This document shows positions 1 through 13,817 of a stretch of DNA of 64,000 nucleotides, piece after piece. The notes beneath the pieces are model-generated. The model was not told where the DNA came from. It did not search any database and worked only from the letters and a program-made list of their open reading frames with translations. The translations under genes and the position numbers were made by a program. This stretch comes from Paramecium tetraurelia (taxonomy: Eukaryota), in contig CT867996.1 of NCBI GenBank assembly GCA_000165425.1, forward strand, positions 124,001-188,000, in the 5' to 3' direction. Positions within the stretch are counted from its first letter, which is position 1. Every line of letters begins with the position of its first letter.

Positions 1-3000
1 GTTAATTTAGGTTTCCAATAAATAATTTGATGCCTGATGTGTATAGTAAAGTGCATCCTCAGATTCTAAATGATTACAAACAGACGGGTAAGAGTAACTC
101 TCTCTATTCTCAAAGAAAGATTTATTGTCTTCACAAATCTGGCTTTATGTTTACTGCCTGGAAATTCCTAAAACTTTATGTTGATTTGAATGGCCTATCA
201 TAATTCGTTATTATGGTGAGACCAACTGATTTCGATAATGAGAAGAAGCATGATTACATCATACTTAATAATGATTGGGAGATAAATGGAATGACCAACA
301 ATGTGCTCTCAGGACTTAATCTCGATCCTCGTCTGTTTAAGAAGGCCTCCTCTGATTTCGTACTCTTCAACGTTCTGTTATTTGCACCCAAACTTATTCA
401 ATATTCAAGGATAGCTCCTTTGATAAACGAGGAAAGAGATCTGCCCATCTTTGGTATGATGAAGAATCCTAAGAAACCAGTTCAGAAGAAGATTCACAAT
501 TAAATTGTCCTTGAAAATCAATTATCCAATTCGAGCAAACCCAAAATCAATGTAAATATGCTTGGCTCGTCTTCACTTAAATAATCATTTGGGAAACCCA
601 TTCAAGGCATGTATTCAGATCTCGATTTTGGATCCAAAGTGTTATTGCCCTAACAATCCATCGATTAATAGATACCATAATAATTGGTGATCCAAAATGA
701 AAGAGACAAATTCTTATAACATCAAATGAGTTCTATTAGTGATAAGAATGAATTTGAAGATTTCAATAAATAGATAGGTTAATTTGATAAGATCTAAAAT
801 CTGAATTAAGAAATGGAACGAAGAGCTGAAGAGTAGATTAATCAACTCAAAGAATCATAATTCTAAAACAATTACTAGAAAATTCAAACTATGGGCAAAT
901 AAGATAAGGATGCTTACAGTGAGGATAATGCAAGCAGAGATGAAATGATTGAAAAAATCAAAGGCATTAAAATTTTAGAAGGCAAAATCAATGGGGGAGA
1001 ATAAATTCAATTTAGAATGAAAATTCCAGAAAACATGGATAAAATCATCGAATATTATTCATCTTAAAAATCTAAAATGTACTAATTAAAAAAATAATAA
1101 GATGAAGTATGATATCAATTATTACAATTATTTTAGCACGTTAAATAGGAAGAAATGGTAGATCAAGGGAAGAAGAAAGATAAAGACAAGTTATTTGTCA
1201 AATAAGGCACACAACATAGAGAATTTAGAAAAAAGGCTAGATTGATGTTCTAAAAAGCAGCAGAAATGAAACGATGTTAAGATGATGTGTAAATATACTA
1301 ATCATATGATATAGAAATTTCTATGAATTATTGGTTGAGATCTATTAGAAACTAATATAAGAACAAAAATCTCGTACTTTTAAAGTAAATTGTACAATTT
1401 AATTCATTAAAATTAAAGATGAAAGAGTTGGTATAATCAAGATTATATCAATAAATGAAATAATGAAGATTAAAAGAGTGGCCAGAGAAAGGGATGGCAA
1501 TCGCAAACAATCCTTCTTTCTAAAGAATCTTTAACCTTCTAGAGATTTAGTAGTAAAAGGATCAAAATTGTCTGCTACAAACATTTAAAACCAATTTGAA
1601 AACTCAAAATTTGTCTCTATGGCAAGTGAAAGCGATACGAAACAATAAGCAAGTCCTTTGGAAGTTAAAAATAATTAAAAGAATCCTCTTCTAAAAGATA
1701 AATCTTTTAAGGGAAATTTAGGTTATCAGATGAATGTTCCAGTTCAAGAAATGGATGATGATAAGGATCTATTGATTGATAGTAAGGCTTTTAATAAGAT
1801 GATTAATTGGGATACCTTTTAGTAGCAATTCAAGATGCAATAAGGAGCACTTAACTTTTCACTTAATGCTGGAGATAATATATTCAGGAAAGAAGACAAT
1901 AATAGACCTCGTAAATTCTTGATTAAAATTGCGTATCTAACTTGGTTTTTGAGAATAATGTTTGTTGCCATCATTACTTTAAACCTTTTAACTTACTTCC
2001 TCAAACCCTTCTTAGAATTCAACCCAATGATTTCTTAGGCCAATAGAATCTTAGCCTTATCATAAATGCAAACAACTATGATTGAAACCTATGATACTCT
2101 CTTAGATCTATTAATATATTAAGATGAATCCGATTATAATGATATGGGTATGTCAGACAAATTGACCTATTATAATTATCAATTATCAAAAGTTTAGGAG
2201 AGTTACGATTATATTAAACTGCAGATTAAGGATTTAGATCAACTACAGACCTTTCTTGATGATGATATATTTTACTCTAGTGCCATATCAGATGAATCTA
2301 TTCTTGGCTAAGCCAATACAACTCTTACTTTAGACAGCAAAGACTTCTTCACTAAGTTTATTATGCTAGAACATCAAATATCCATGATGAATGCTTCTTC
2401 ACTAGAGATCATAAGTCCCTCACACCCACTTGTTAAATTTATTCGTTATGTGACTATACCGTAATTATACAATCAACTAAATAATGCTGTTATGGATTTA
2501 TAGTCTATGGTGTTGGAGAAATCCAATTCCATATCTGATTTTGTTATAATAATTCTCAGCATCGAAGGATCATTATTAGCGAGTGGTTTTTTTGGATTGT
2601 TGATTATTATCTTTTGGATTAGTCAAACTTACAAGGCGGTTTTGAAAATCTTCATCCTTATATAAAAGAATGATTTGAATAAGATCGTCAAACAATAAAA
2701 GTTCATTGAACATCAATTCAAGTACATCATTGCAAAAGACCAAGAAATAGCTGGAATTTAACCCAAAGGTGTTTATCAAAGAGTAAACTCTATCTCATCT
2801 AAACAAAATTTTTAATTGCAATAAAACTTCCTCTTAATCAACGAGGAGGAGGATTAGAATATGAATAAGAAAAAAGAGAAAAATATCATAGATCGATAAT
2901 TACTAAAATCTTTGACTCTTAAATTATATGCAACATATATCCTATTAGTGCTTTTACAGGCAGGGACTTCCTTTGCCTTCTTCTTTTCACTAAAATAGGC

Positions 3001-3788
3001 AAGTAGCAACATAAGCCAACTGATTTAAATAGGTCAAGTTTCAATATCTGACTTTTCTAACAATTAACTTCTTTTAGTCTCTGTTAAAGAGCGATACTAC
3101 AATGAGGATAATTATGAATCAAACTATCTTCCAAAAGTGAAGGCTTTACTTGAAATTTAAATTGAAAGCATCAAACAAACCCCTTAAATCGATAATCCTG
3201 GGTATGGGAACTACTATGATGGATTCCAAGCAATATATTTTGATAATCTTTGCGATTATCTTTTTAATCAATCTTGTAAATTAATTATATATTCTCTAGA
3301 ATTAAATTCAACTGAATAGAATGATTGTGGATAATTAGTAAATGGCAAACTTAAAGCTGGTATAGTAGCATTTAATTAATACTTCCTCTCAAATGTGCAA
3401 GACTATGTTCTATTAAATGCTGATAGATTCGGATTTATCAATAGTAAAATAATTTGGAATCTGAATTCCTGTGTGGACTATGTCAAAACTGCCTTTAAAT
3501 ATTTGCTTACTGAATGGGCTCAAGTATTATATCATTATTAAATTACACTAGGATTTAAATTAGCTTATCGATTCTAATATCACTCTGATTTTGGTTTTGC
3601 TTATAGTCATGTAATTGTTTTAATTAATCGTATTTTTGGCAATTGCTGAAATGTATTTGGTAGACCAACTCAATAAGGCATTTTCATTTTATCGATTAGT
3701 TTATAAGTCCTATATGCCAAATGATATCATTCAAAAAGAGAAAATCATTAGAGCCTAATTAATACGTTATAATATAATAAAGAAATGA
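1..3788 (+). CDS. PAS-domain multi-pass membrane protein (TmcB/tiny-macrocyst-like), 5'-truncated by the window edge
   Basis: Ciliate-code frame reads INNLMPDVYSKVHPQILNDYKQTG..IYCLHKSGFMF (PAS-like). Hydrophobic TM segments follow at about 1930-2000, 2540-2620, 2930-2990 and 3580-3650. Several 25-30 nt introns; ends ..IRYNIIKK-TGA at 3786-3788. Confidence 0.75.
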
Positions 3789-3872
3789 CTTTTATATATA
3801 TAATTACAATATTAAATTCTCTTAACTAAAATTAGATTTTCAGTATTAAATAGATTGATAATTGTTTATATA

Positions 3873-5424
3873 TCAAAATGACAATTCAATGGAGGGTCCT
3901 TCTAACTTCTTTTAATGGGACTATTAGATTTGTTATCCCATAAGTTTAAGTTCACGTCCTTAATTCCATAATTAAACACGGCATTCTAATTATGAGTCTA
4001 TTTGATTGGTTTCCAATCTCAATAAATGTTTTAATTCCTAAAAGTCCAACTCCAGATCCACTTCTACGATGCTTTATTGAATCTTGTCAAGTTCCTCCTA
4101 AGTATACTATCCTTTTAATGTGATTGTCATGTAATTAGACAGATGATTATTTTTTAAGAAGTTGATAAGTTCAGATTCTATTGTGACTATGTCTAAATGA
4201 TCATATTAAATAATTTTGTAGACTTCCTCTAAAGTTTTATAGGTTTCAACTTTATAATCAATAATAGAATCCTATTACTTTACAAGTGCGCTTTGACTTA
4301 GATATTAGATCTAGTATTAAAAATAACATGATACATGCTGTTTTTCTTCATCTATTAATTTATATAAATTGCCAAAAAGTGATTTAACTGCCTCATCTTT
4401 ACATAATTGTTATATTTTGCCAAGTATGGCTAAGAAATCTGCTTTTAAAAGTCTAAATTTTCTAACAATTCCTCCCAATAATTTATTTTCCTAATTTACA
4501 AACAATTTATTTATAACAATCTTGGAATTTCTCACATTGTCAAGTAGTGCTCCTTATAACCAAGGATGAGAAAACAATTGCTCATAGTCAATTCTTGTTT
4601 TTTTATTTGAATCCAGCATCTTACTTAATAAGTCTTTTCCAAAATCGGATAATTATATCACTTTATCATCAAAATTTATCTATTTCTATGAAAAAATATA
4701 CTTTAAAATTTTATAATTCTTTGATTAAATCTATTAAGCTCCTAACTTTAGAACTAAAATGATATTTACGATATATCATATAGTAAAGTATAACACCTAA
4801 TGACCAGATATCACATTTATAATCATATTCTTCCTAACTTCATATTTGTAATTTAATTACTTTAGAACTTCTGGAGCCATTGTTGCTGGTGTTCCACAAT
4901 AAGAGGTTAGGACATCATTTTAATTGTAATACTTGGCAAATCCAAAGTCTGCAATCTTCACAACCTAATTTTCATCAATCAAAATGTTATCAATTTTTAA
5001 GTCTCTGTGAACTATTCCCTTTTAGTAAATGTATTTCATCCCTTTTAATATTTCAATAAATATGGGTTTAATTTCTTCTTCTTTGAGATTATTATTTTTA
5101 AGTAAATTATTTAAATCTCCATTCTTACAAAACTCAAACACGCAATAAATTTTTTCATCTTCTCTAAACTCTTCGATCAAAGCCACTACGTTTTCGTTCT
5201 AAATATTTTATAAATGATACTCCATTATCGTTCTTAATATTCTTATAAATTTGGATTTCTTATTCAAAATATTGCAGCTACTTCTGCGAACTCTCTGAAC
5301 CATCGAATTCTATCGTAATTACCTTTATCGCGAATTATTAATTTTAGCTATTCTCAGCTAAATAAACTTTTGCGAATGAGCCTGACCCAATAATCTATAA
5401 GAATTGATAATCCCTTTTTTTCAT
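3873..5424 (-). CDS. Ser/Thr protein kinase (ULK/CAMK-like) with C-terminal helical tail
   Basis: MKKRDYQFLQIIGSGSFAKVY..FAIK..HRDLKIDNIL..DFGFAK..CGTPATMAPE..CDIWSLG; all catalytic motifs are intact; short introns; TGA at 3873-3875. Confidence 0.9.
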
Positions 5425-5478
5425 AATAAACCTATTCATAAAATTAATTGCGAATTAAAATTTATAAACTTATTTATT

Positions 5479-6878
5479 TCATTTTGGAGCCTGCTTAATT
5501 AATTCATTTAATGGAATGTTTTTCTTATTGAGTATCATTTGTAGCACTCCTTCCTTGTTTCTATTTTTGAAGAATGGCAATTGGAGAGCTTGCTCAGCTG
5601 TCAATCTTGTTTTCGAATTCTTGTCTAAGACTTTCTCAATAAATTCTGAGAATTATTTAGAGAATTTAATAGGCAACCGTGGTGGGTCATTAGCAGTAAT
5701 TGAATACATGGCTTTCAATGGAGGCACTCTTAAATAAGGTGGTTCACCTTGGGCCAATTCAATTGCAATGATTCCCACACTCCAGATATCTACTTTTTCA
5801 TCATAATCTTATTTCAATATCAACTCAGGAGACATCCAAGCAGGAGTACCTACAACGGATTTGCGATGCTGCCTCTCTGCTGTCAGCTGAGTTGCAAATC
5901 CAAAGTCAGCAATCTTGATTTCCCCTTTCTTATTCATCAGAATATTGTCACTCTTCAAATCTCTATGGATCTTTTTCTTTTTGTGCATGTAATCGAGACC
6001 TGATAGAATCTCCCCACATATGTAAGCAATTTCAGGTTCCTTCATTTATTTAAAGTTCTAATATATTATTTCCGTCAAACATCCACCATCTAAATATTCT
6101 ACAACCATGAATAAACATGATTGGTATATAAATGAGTCATAATATTTGACAATATTTTAATTTGCACACATTTTCATTAATGCTATTTCCACTTTGATTC
6201 TCTGCATATCGTTACCTATTTTCATCACTCTTACTGCGACTTCATCATTTGTATTTCTATGTATTGCCTTATAGACTTTACACATGGCCCCCTTCCCCAA
6301 CTATTCTGTAAACTTATACAATATGGATGGATCTTATTCTATGAATTTAATATCCATCACTTGTTAAATGAATTCGTCATTTGTTGGTAATGTCAACTTG
6401 GTTTGTCTATAGACTCCATCCTCATAATTTGATATGATTTATATCATCACTTAAGGGTTTTACTCAATATCCGCTTTTTAGAGATCAGCTTTCTAGAGCT
6501 TTTCAATCCACTCAGGGGGAAGACCCTTGAGACCCAGTTATGCAGTTGGATCTATTTCGATATGAATTTTGTGTTGCAAATTAAAAGGTGCACTCATTAT
6601 AGGTTCATTGATCAAATCAAGAATTGCCTCTGGAAGTTCTGATGGTTAAACTGAACTAGGTAGATTCTTAGTCTCCACTGTTTTGTTTTTGTCTGAAATT
6701 AATTATGTGGAATTCAACCTATTTCAAGTTTGAGCCCGTTCAAATCTGCCCATTCTTTAGGAACACCCAACAATTTCCCAGTTACTGGATCTCTAGTGAT
6801 TTGTATATGACTTTAGAAATTCGAAATCTGACCATTAGGAGCATTTGAATTCTTTTCCTTAGAACTGTTCTATCCCAT
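5479..6878 (-). CDS. PAK/STE20-family kinase with N-myristoylation motif and two CRIB/PBD-like segments; beta3 Lys replaced by Arg
   Basis: MGQNSS start; [24 protein letters not shown] (CRIB); [35 protein letters not shown] (PAK signature); beta3 reads VAVR. Confidence 0.9.
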
Positions 6879-6949
6879 AATTCTATATTATTAAAATAAA
6901 TTAATTTGTGATATATAATCTGCTACTTCAACTAGTAATTAAATAATGA

Positions 6950-8065
6950 GTAAGTTCTCTTAATCTAAATGCATAGTATTATGACTTCAACAATATCAGT
7001 CAAGAATTACAACGATGATCTTTAAATCATATCAGGACTAACATAATGGAAATACTAAATGCAGAATATATCTCATTAAAGTTTAGGAATTAATGTTTTG
7101 CATCCTTTATAATAATAATATTTTTAATATTTATAAATTATTTAGTATTAGTTTCTATTAGAAGTAAGAGCATTTCAACTCATATGAATATCAAGTAATT
7201 ATCGTACTTATTCTGCTTTAAAAACATTTAAAGTTGATAATTGATTGATTTGAAATTTGTACAAATCCTCTATTTAGTATCACTCTGTTTGTCTTAATAT
7301 ACAAACCTCATCTCATTCTAATACGTATTAGCGTATAAATACCTATGAGTTAATAAAACCACTAATCAATTTTACAATTATTATATTTCAATATTGATTT
7401 ATCTCTGAACAAAATAAAATTCTATTTTGGGATTTTAATTAAAAAATTTTTTTTTTTAAATTTTGAGTGACTGAAAATTTACTAACAAATAAGGATTCAT
7501 AATCTATATAATTCTTTTGTTTGATTTAATTCTTGCATATATTTCCATATTTCCTATAGTTTTCAACACTTCTCCATATCCTGTGTGATTTTCATATAAA
7601 GTTCATTTAATATATATATGATTATTATATAAAATTATAAAATAGATTAGGTGTTGATGTCTATAAAAATTAAGTTATTATTTTTCATAAAAAATGAATA
7701 TAAATTTAACAAAGAAATTTTCACTATCAAATCTTTATAATAACTTTTTTATGGTAATATTAAATTGACTTCATAATTCTTTACATTGATGTTACAACTA
7801 TCTTATTAACTTTAACTCATCACTCTTTAAATATATTTATATCAAACTTTAATAGTCAAACTAAGATTTTGATTAAATCTGACTCTATTTTGAGAATAGT
7901 TTTACAAGGATTGAACTTGGATATCTGGTAATTAATTATAATTCTTTGATTCCAATTATTTCAACTAATATTCTTTGTTAGGATGCTTGTTTGGGAGTTT
8001 GGCATATTTATTGACTCTGGATTTGGAGTCTATTGAAAGGGCGGATTTTTGTATAAAGTTGTGAT
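6950..8065 (-). pseudogene. Possible decayed gene relic
   Basis: Coding-like stretch (NHNFIQKSALSIDSKSRVNKYAKLPNKHPNKEY..) that lacks an ATG and is interrupted by TGA stops I could not explain as introns. Confidence 0.3.
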
Positions 8066-8093
8066 TAATTTATAAAATTAACAATAACCAAGA

Positions 8094-8945
8094 ATGAGCA
8101 CTCCAAACCATATTTGTCTTATCTTCAGTTACGTCTATGACAAGATAAGCAAGATTCATCCTAACAATGTCACAGAGAGTTTGCGTTCGATTTAGAATAA
8201 CCTGGAGCAAATTCTTGAATAAATGGATGAAGTGACTTAGAATCTTACCTATTCAAATTTAAGGATATTATTTGATTGGGCAAAGGATTGCTAATCACTG
8301 TTGAATAACAATGTATTCTACAATTAAGATTACTCTGAGTTGATGTATAAAATCAACTAAAATTTACTTGAACTATTTTAATAACTACATAATGCTATTG
8401 ACAGAAACTTTGTGATACCACAATCAACGATGTGTATTACTAATGAATTAGGCAATATCATCACACACGAAGATAATTTTTTTGAAATAATGGGATCCTC
8501 AAATTTAGTGAATTTTGCTTAGTTTATCGATGTATATGCCATACCTAACTTTACTTTAAGTTCAGAGAACATCGACAATGCCTAAGCAACATTCTATAAA
8601 CTCAATTACCATGCTTTAGAAAGAGTGTTTACATCAGACAATACTTTAATTTAAATAAAATAAAATGTATCTTAGCAAAGGGAATAATTCTTCTAGAGAT
8701 TCCAATTGAATATCTCAATTGGAAATTTTGAATTCACTAAATATGATGATTAGAATTAATTTTTTTTTTATGACCCCCTATATGCTTTGAATGAAGACAA
8801 TATCAAGAAGTTACTTATAGTTTAATTTGTGGCACTAAACTATTAACAATCAATATAATTAGATGAATTTGTTCAGTCTGCTAAATTTGCTGATTGCATT
8901 GAAAGATTTTATTAGAAATTAATCAGTGCAGTATAAGATGAATGA
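8094..8945 (+). CDS. Intronless hypothetical protein (283 aa) with a PAS-like segment
   Basis: Continuous 852-nt ATG..TGA frame in the ciliate code; MCITNELGNIITHEDNFFEIMG resembles the start of a PAS fold. Confidence 0.65.
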
Positions 8946-9769
8946 TTATTATTAATTCAAAATTTATTTTTTTTAATTAAAAAATATTGAGTCAAAATTG
9001 AACATCGTCATTATGAACTCAGATAGCGCAGATATATATCAAGAATTAAATCTGATAAATTTGTACATCAAAGAATTCTAATATTCATGTAGTAAAATCT
9101 TCATAAATTGTTAACAATATTAATAAACTTCAGAAAATACTCTACCCAATTTGTAATCATTATGAATACAGCAAATTTATCTTAACTAGAGAATATTTGA
9201 AGATTTAATATCACCAATCTAATCAAAGAAGGCATAATTCAGTTTCTCAATATTTTAATGAATATAACTAATATTTAGTATATAATTACAATTTACAATC
9301 TTTTTAAGACTTTTGACTGAATTAAACAAGTTACATAGATAATTAAGAGAGTCTAGCCAAATTTTTCAGATTATTATAGAGTCAATCTAAATTTAAAAAT
9401 TTTAAAAACATATGTTGACATTTTTTAATCATAAAATCAATAATAAGTTCATTAACTAAACTTATTAATATATTAAATACTTAAAATAGATTATCATTAT
9501 TTAATTTGATCTTATGAGAATAAATTTATTTTCTTAATTGTAATAATATAAATTGAATTTATTATTAGTAATGTTGAATTAGAGTGACGCATAATTCTAT
9601 CATAAGATAATGACTTGCTTATTGATTTTGTCTTTAATTAAACAAAATTAATTGAGAAAGCATCTTTCGACTCTTTAAATAAAAAAATTGACAAAACAGT
9701 ATAATTAGTGATTTTTAAGAATAACAAGTATTGATAACAAAGTACAAATAATTATTTAAGAATAATTAA

Positions 9770-12700
9770 TCATTATTTAATAAACCTTTATACTCTGCGT
9801 ATCTTTGTGATTACAAAACATTTGATTGAATAAGGGGATGTGTGTGGTCTTTTATGTTTTTTAAGAGCATCAATTGCAAAACTTTATTATCTGACGATAA
9901 CTTGATCATAATTGTTATGTGGGTAGTAGATCTTATAACATTTCATTTTTTCAAATTTGTTAAAAATGACATCATTTATAAAATATCCTTGATTCTAAAT
10001 TTTCATGTACAATTACATCAGGAGAAGTAATGGCTTAGAATTAGGATAGCTAAGCTAAATTACTCTATTTAGTTCCAGTTCTTTGACTCTTTTATACGTT
10101 TTTGTTCTCATCTGATTAGGTATTGGCACTGTTGGTCTTCTTGCCATTATCTTTTGTTTGACTAGACAATCCCTATGATTTTTTTTATCTTGAATTGGAG
10201 GATGGATTATTAGAGACATCTTTAGAATATGAGTTTGTATATGTATGGGATCTATTCGTAAGTTATCGTTGAGATAATTTCAAATTGCCATAAGAGTACT
10301 ACTATTGAATGAAGTCTTGTTTAATCATATCCTGTTTATTAGCTGTCTAAGGTAGACCTTCTTTTTAAAATTGGAATGTCAATTTGTTTGGACCACTCCT
10401 ATTGGTAGTCGATAAGAACTGTTATTTTTGATTAACTATTTCATTCTTCTACCCCTCTTGTAATTGCATTAGAATCTCCTTTTCATCCTTATCCAGTGTT
10501 GAATAATTTTGACTTTAAGGGTTGCCAACAAATCCAGCAGTTCGATGAGATGTTTTATTTGAATTGTGACGCAATCGCCTTATTGATTGATCCAAAACAG
10601 GAGGGGTTACTTCTTCGTATTATTCTTGTTCATAATTTAATTATTCCAAGCTGTCAACATTGACATTACTATTGGAAATCTATTGATCTTGACTTGGTTT
10701 TTGAAATGGCATTGAATTGCTTATATAACTGACAGAATAAGTTTAATCTAATTGAATAACGAGACATACTTTCAGAATAAGGCAATTGCGATGCTTCAGG
10801 AAGATCTTCAGACATGATTTCCTGGGTTTGCTTATTAATCACCTATTTGGCCTTGTCTTGATTTTGAGTGAGATTTTTCATTGTTAGATATTTCTTGTTC
10901 TTTCTTTTACAAGGTTGCCGAACTTATTTTAAACTATATAAGTATTTCTCAATAACATTTTGTCTTTATGGGAAGTATTAAATGTGTTTACATTCAACAA
11001 CATAATGTCCTTTGATTTTACAATAATAGCAATCGAATAGATGCTAATTGTAGTTTGAATTATCTTTCATCATACAGAAAACTTCATTATCTTAAGGATA
11101 ATTGGAGATTATGTCCAAGAATTCTGATCTTTTGAGTTTCAAGAGAGTGGTGACTCCACAACTGTATATGCTAATGTTTGAAGGCACTCCAGAGATAAAA
11201 GAGTACTATCCAAAGGCTTACCCTTCCTGTAAGCGAGTGACCGACCTTTTATTATTGGCAAGAGACGATCCTTAGAACTGCACTTTGACTTCTCCTTTGA
11301 GAATGTAATACAATCCCAAATCCTCAATTTAGTGTTCCTAATAATATACTAATTGCTTACAATGATGATATTGTCTTCTGGATTGAAGGTCACTTACTCT
11401 ATGGCATACAACAATTGTTATTTGAATTGAGGTGAGAATTTATTCATGAGTTCTATTTTATCGATCATTCTTGTTCTCAAAGACAGATCAATCTCATCCT
11501 ATAAGGCAGGACTCAACTTCTTAGTTAATTGATCTTTCGTTCTCCCTATATCTTCCTATACAATAAAATAAACTATTACATCAATTCTAAACTCTAAATA
11601 AGAGTAACATCTCCTCAAGAGATCGTAATCTTTGCATTTCTCTTTCAACATCTCTACGAATCCTTTCAACAATTTTTGTTTCTCCTCTTGAATCTCCAAT
11701 TCAGGTTTGAGCCAGACAAATAGGAGTATGAGTGTGTAGACATAACATAAATAAGAGATCAACATAAAGGCTGAAACTATGATAGAATTCTATTCTGTGA
11801 TCTCCAGAGCTCATATTAATTCATCAAATATTACAATTAATTGAATTCTAAGTAATCAGTGAGATTGAATACGTTATGTAAAATCCTAGAGAGTATTCCT
11901 CATCATTGAACACTCTTATTATACTAATAAATATACCTTTCAAAAAGCAAGTGCACAACACTATGAATGAAATCCATAATTATACAATAAATATTATATA
12001 ATGAGTCGATTTGTAGACGTTTTCAAACGTTTCCCAAGATCTTATCAAGTCTGAAACAATTAACATAGATGTTAGGATAATAAGAATCACATCCTTATCG
12101 AATTCAAGAAATACAATGGCTACCATCACTATAAGGCGAAATGAATCTAAATATATTTTATTCCAGTCCTTGAAATTGGAGATCAATTTTCCTCGAATAA
12201 TTTTATATGGCCCTCTTAAATAATACAAATCCTATAAAAGAGTCAACATCTTAATCCCAAAGACTATTTACTGAACAATCCTAGGTCCCTCAAATAGATT
12301 GATTAAAGGTATTAAAGTAATTGAAAGTAAATTAGAAAATATTACGGATAAAAACACATACATTGTGAAATAGTAATATCTCAATGGAGAAACTAAAAGT
12401 ATTTAAATTAAATACCATCATTTTATTCTTATGTTACTAGTGGATCATTGTATTTTGAATAGTGAATAGAGTTCAACAACTTCTATTTTATTTAATTTAC
12501 GATAATCCTTACTCTCCCTTGCGTAGACTTCCTATTGTGTTCAGATAGCAAATGGGATTAAAAATGAGATTAGGAAGAAATGTACGAACTATCATTGGAT
12601 ATCAAAACTATTTTCTTTGAATCTGATTTTTGAAGCAATTGGTCCGAACTCTTGTGAGAAGCAATGTTTGTTATTGTGGGAACCTTATAATCATCGCTAC

Positions 12701-12905
12701 TTTAGATGTCTATTGGTTGTTAAGGACAAGTCTGTACAAAGACAGGTTTAATCTAACAAATCTAGGACAAAGAAGAGTGTTCTTCCTCCTCCTGAATGGA
12801 TTCACTATTCTTGTACTATAGAGTCTAGCTAATCCTGTGTTTCGGGTTATAATCCACAACTTCCGGGTCTTTTATTTGCTAGAGTAACTATTTTCTAATT
12901 AACAT
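9770..12905 (-). CDS. Cyclic-nucleotide-binding (EAG/HCN/CNG-like) cation channel homologue with degenerate pore
   Basis: Multiple TM helices (12400-11700); C-linker KKLSPALQDEIDL; CNBD LYYILKGEVKV..LQEGQAFGQYSFISG; zinc knuckle CYYCKIKGHYVVEC; C-terminal FEKMKCYKIYYPHNN after a 22-nt intron; TGA at 9770-9772. Confidence 0.85.
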
Positions 12906-12923
12906 TTAATAAAAATAGTACCC

Positions 12924-13817
12924 ATGCAATAATTGTCTCTCAATAACATCCCTCAAAATTTATTCCCCTTGCCCATTGTGAAATCCCACTATGAGATTCA
13001 ACATCTCCAAGAACTCAGGAATGAACAAGAAAATCAAATTTGGCAAGATCACTCCAAATTACTCAAAGAAAAAACTCCCAATCGCAGAGATTACTCCATG
13101 TTATAGAAGAATAAAAGACAATCGACAGTTACTCACGATGTCAAAAATAGTGTTCGAAAGATTTCTGAATACCAGAGTCATTCATAAGATCAAATACTCA
13201 ATTCTCAACATTCTATTCATAACAACACAATTGATTGCTCTATTAATTATAAATAACTAAATAAGCATATAATAACTGAGTAGCAATTCCAAATAAAATA
13301 AAATCAAATCTAACAAATGATCAGAGAAAAACTCTACACCTCCTATTGCAATTCAATGAAAAAGCATTCCAAATTAAACGGCGTCTTATTATAAAAAATT
13401 AGTGAATTGGCCCCCTTCATATCTCAAGATAAAAATATGCATCAACCCCAAATTAAAAGAATGAATCAATTCTTGAAATTTAGATCTTAGTCAATCCCTC
13501 TAAATCCAAACATTGAATCCGTCTAAAATAGTATCTAAAGAATACAATCCTTACCCAGAAATCAAGATAACACTAGATAGAGAACCGCAAACAAATAATC
13601 CACTCAAAGTCAAGTCATCTGTCAAAATAAGGATGCAGACAGAATTATTCGAAAATTAAACAGAAAAACTCAAAGGCTCTTAAAAGAATCATATCCTGAA
13701 ATCGATCCAACTCCCATTGTAGATTATCAAAAGCAAATCCTCAACCGTATTGAACTCAGAAACTCTACAAAAAAGAAACTTATAGATAGCTTCTAAGAAA
13801 TTATTGATAAATATTGA
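12924..13817 (+). CDS. Hypothetical protein (297 aa, Q/N/K-rich)
   Basis: Uninterrupted 894-nt ATG..TGA frame in the ciliate code (MQQLSLNNIPQ..EIIDKY*). Confidence 0.75.

Noticed and set aside
5516..6003. Plus-strand ORFs 5516-5737 and 5749-6003
   Set aside because: Antisense shadows of the minus-strand PAK kinase.
9972..9974. Apparent TGA stop for the channel gene
   Set aside because: Removing a 22-nt intron (gtaattgtacatgaaaatttag) extends the frame through the YYPHNN motif to TGA at 9770.
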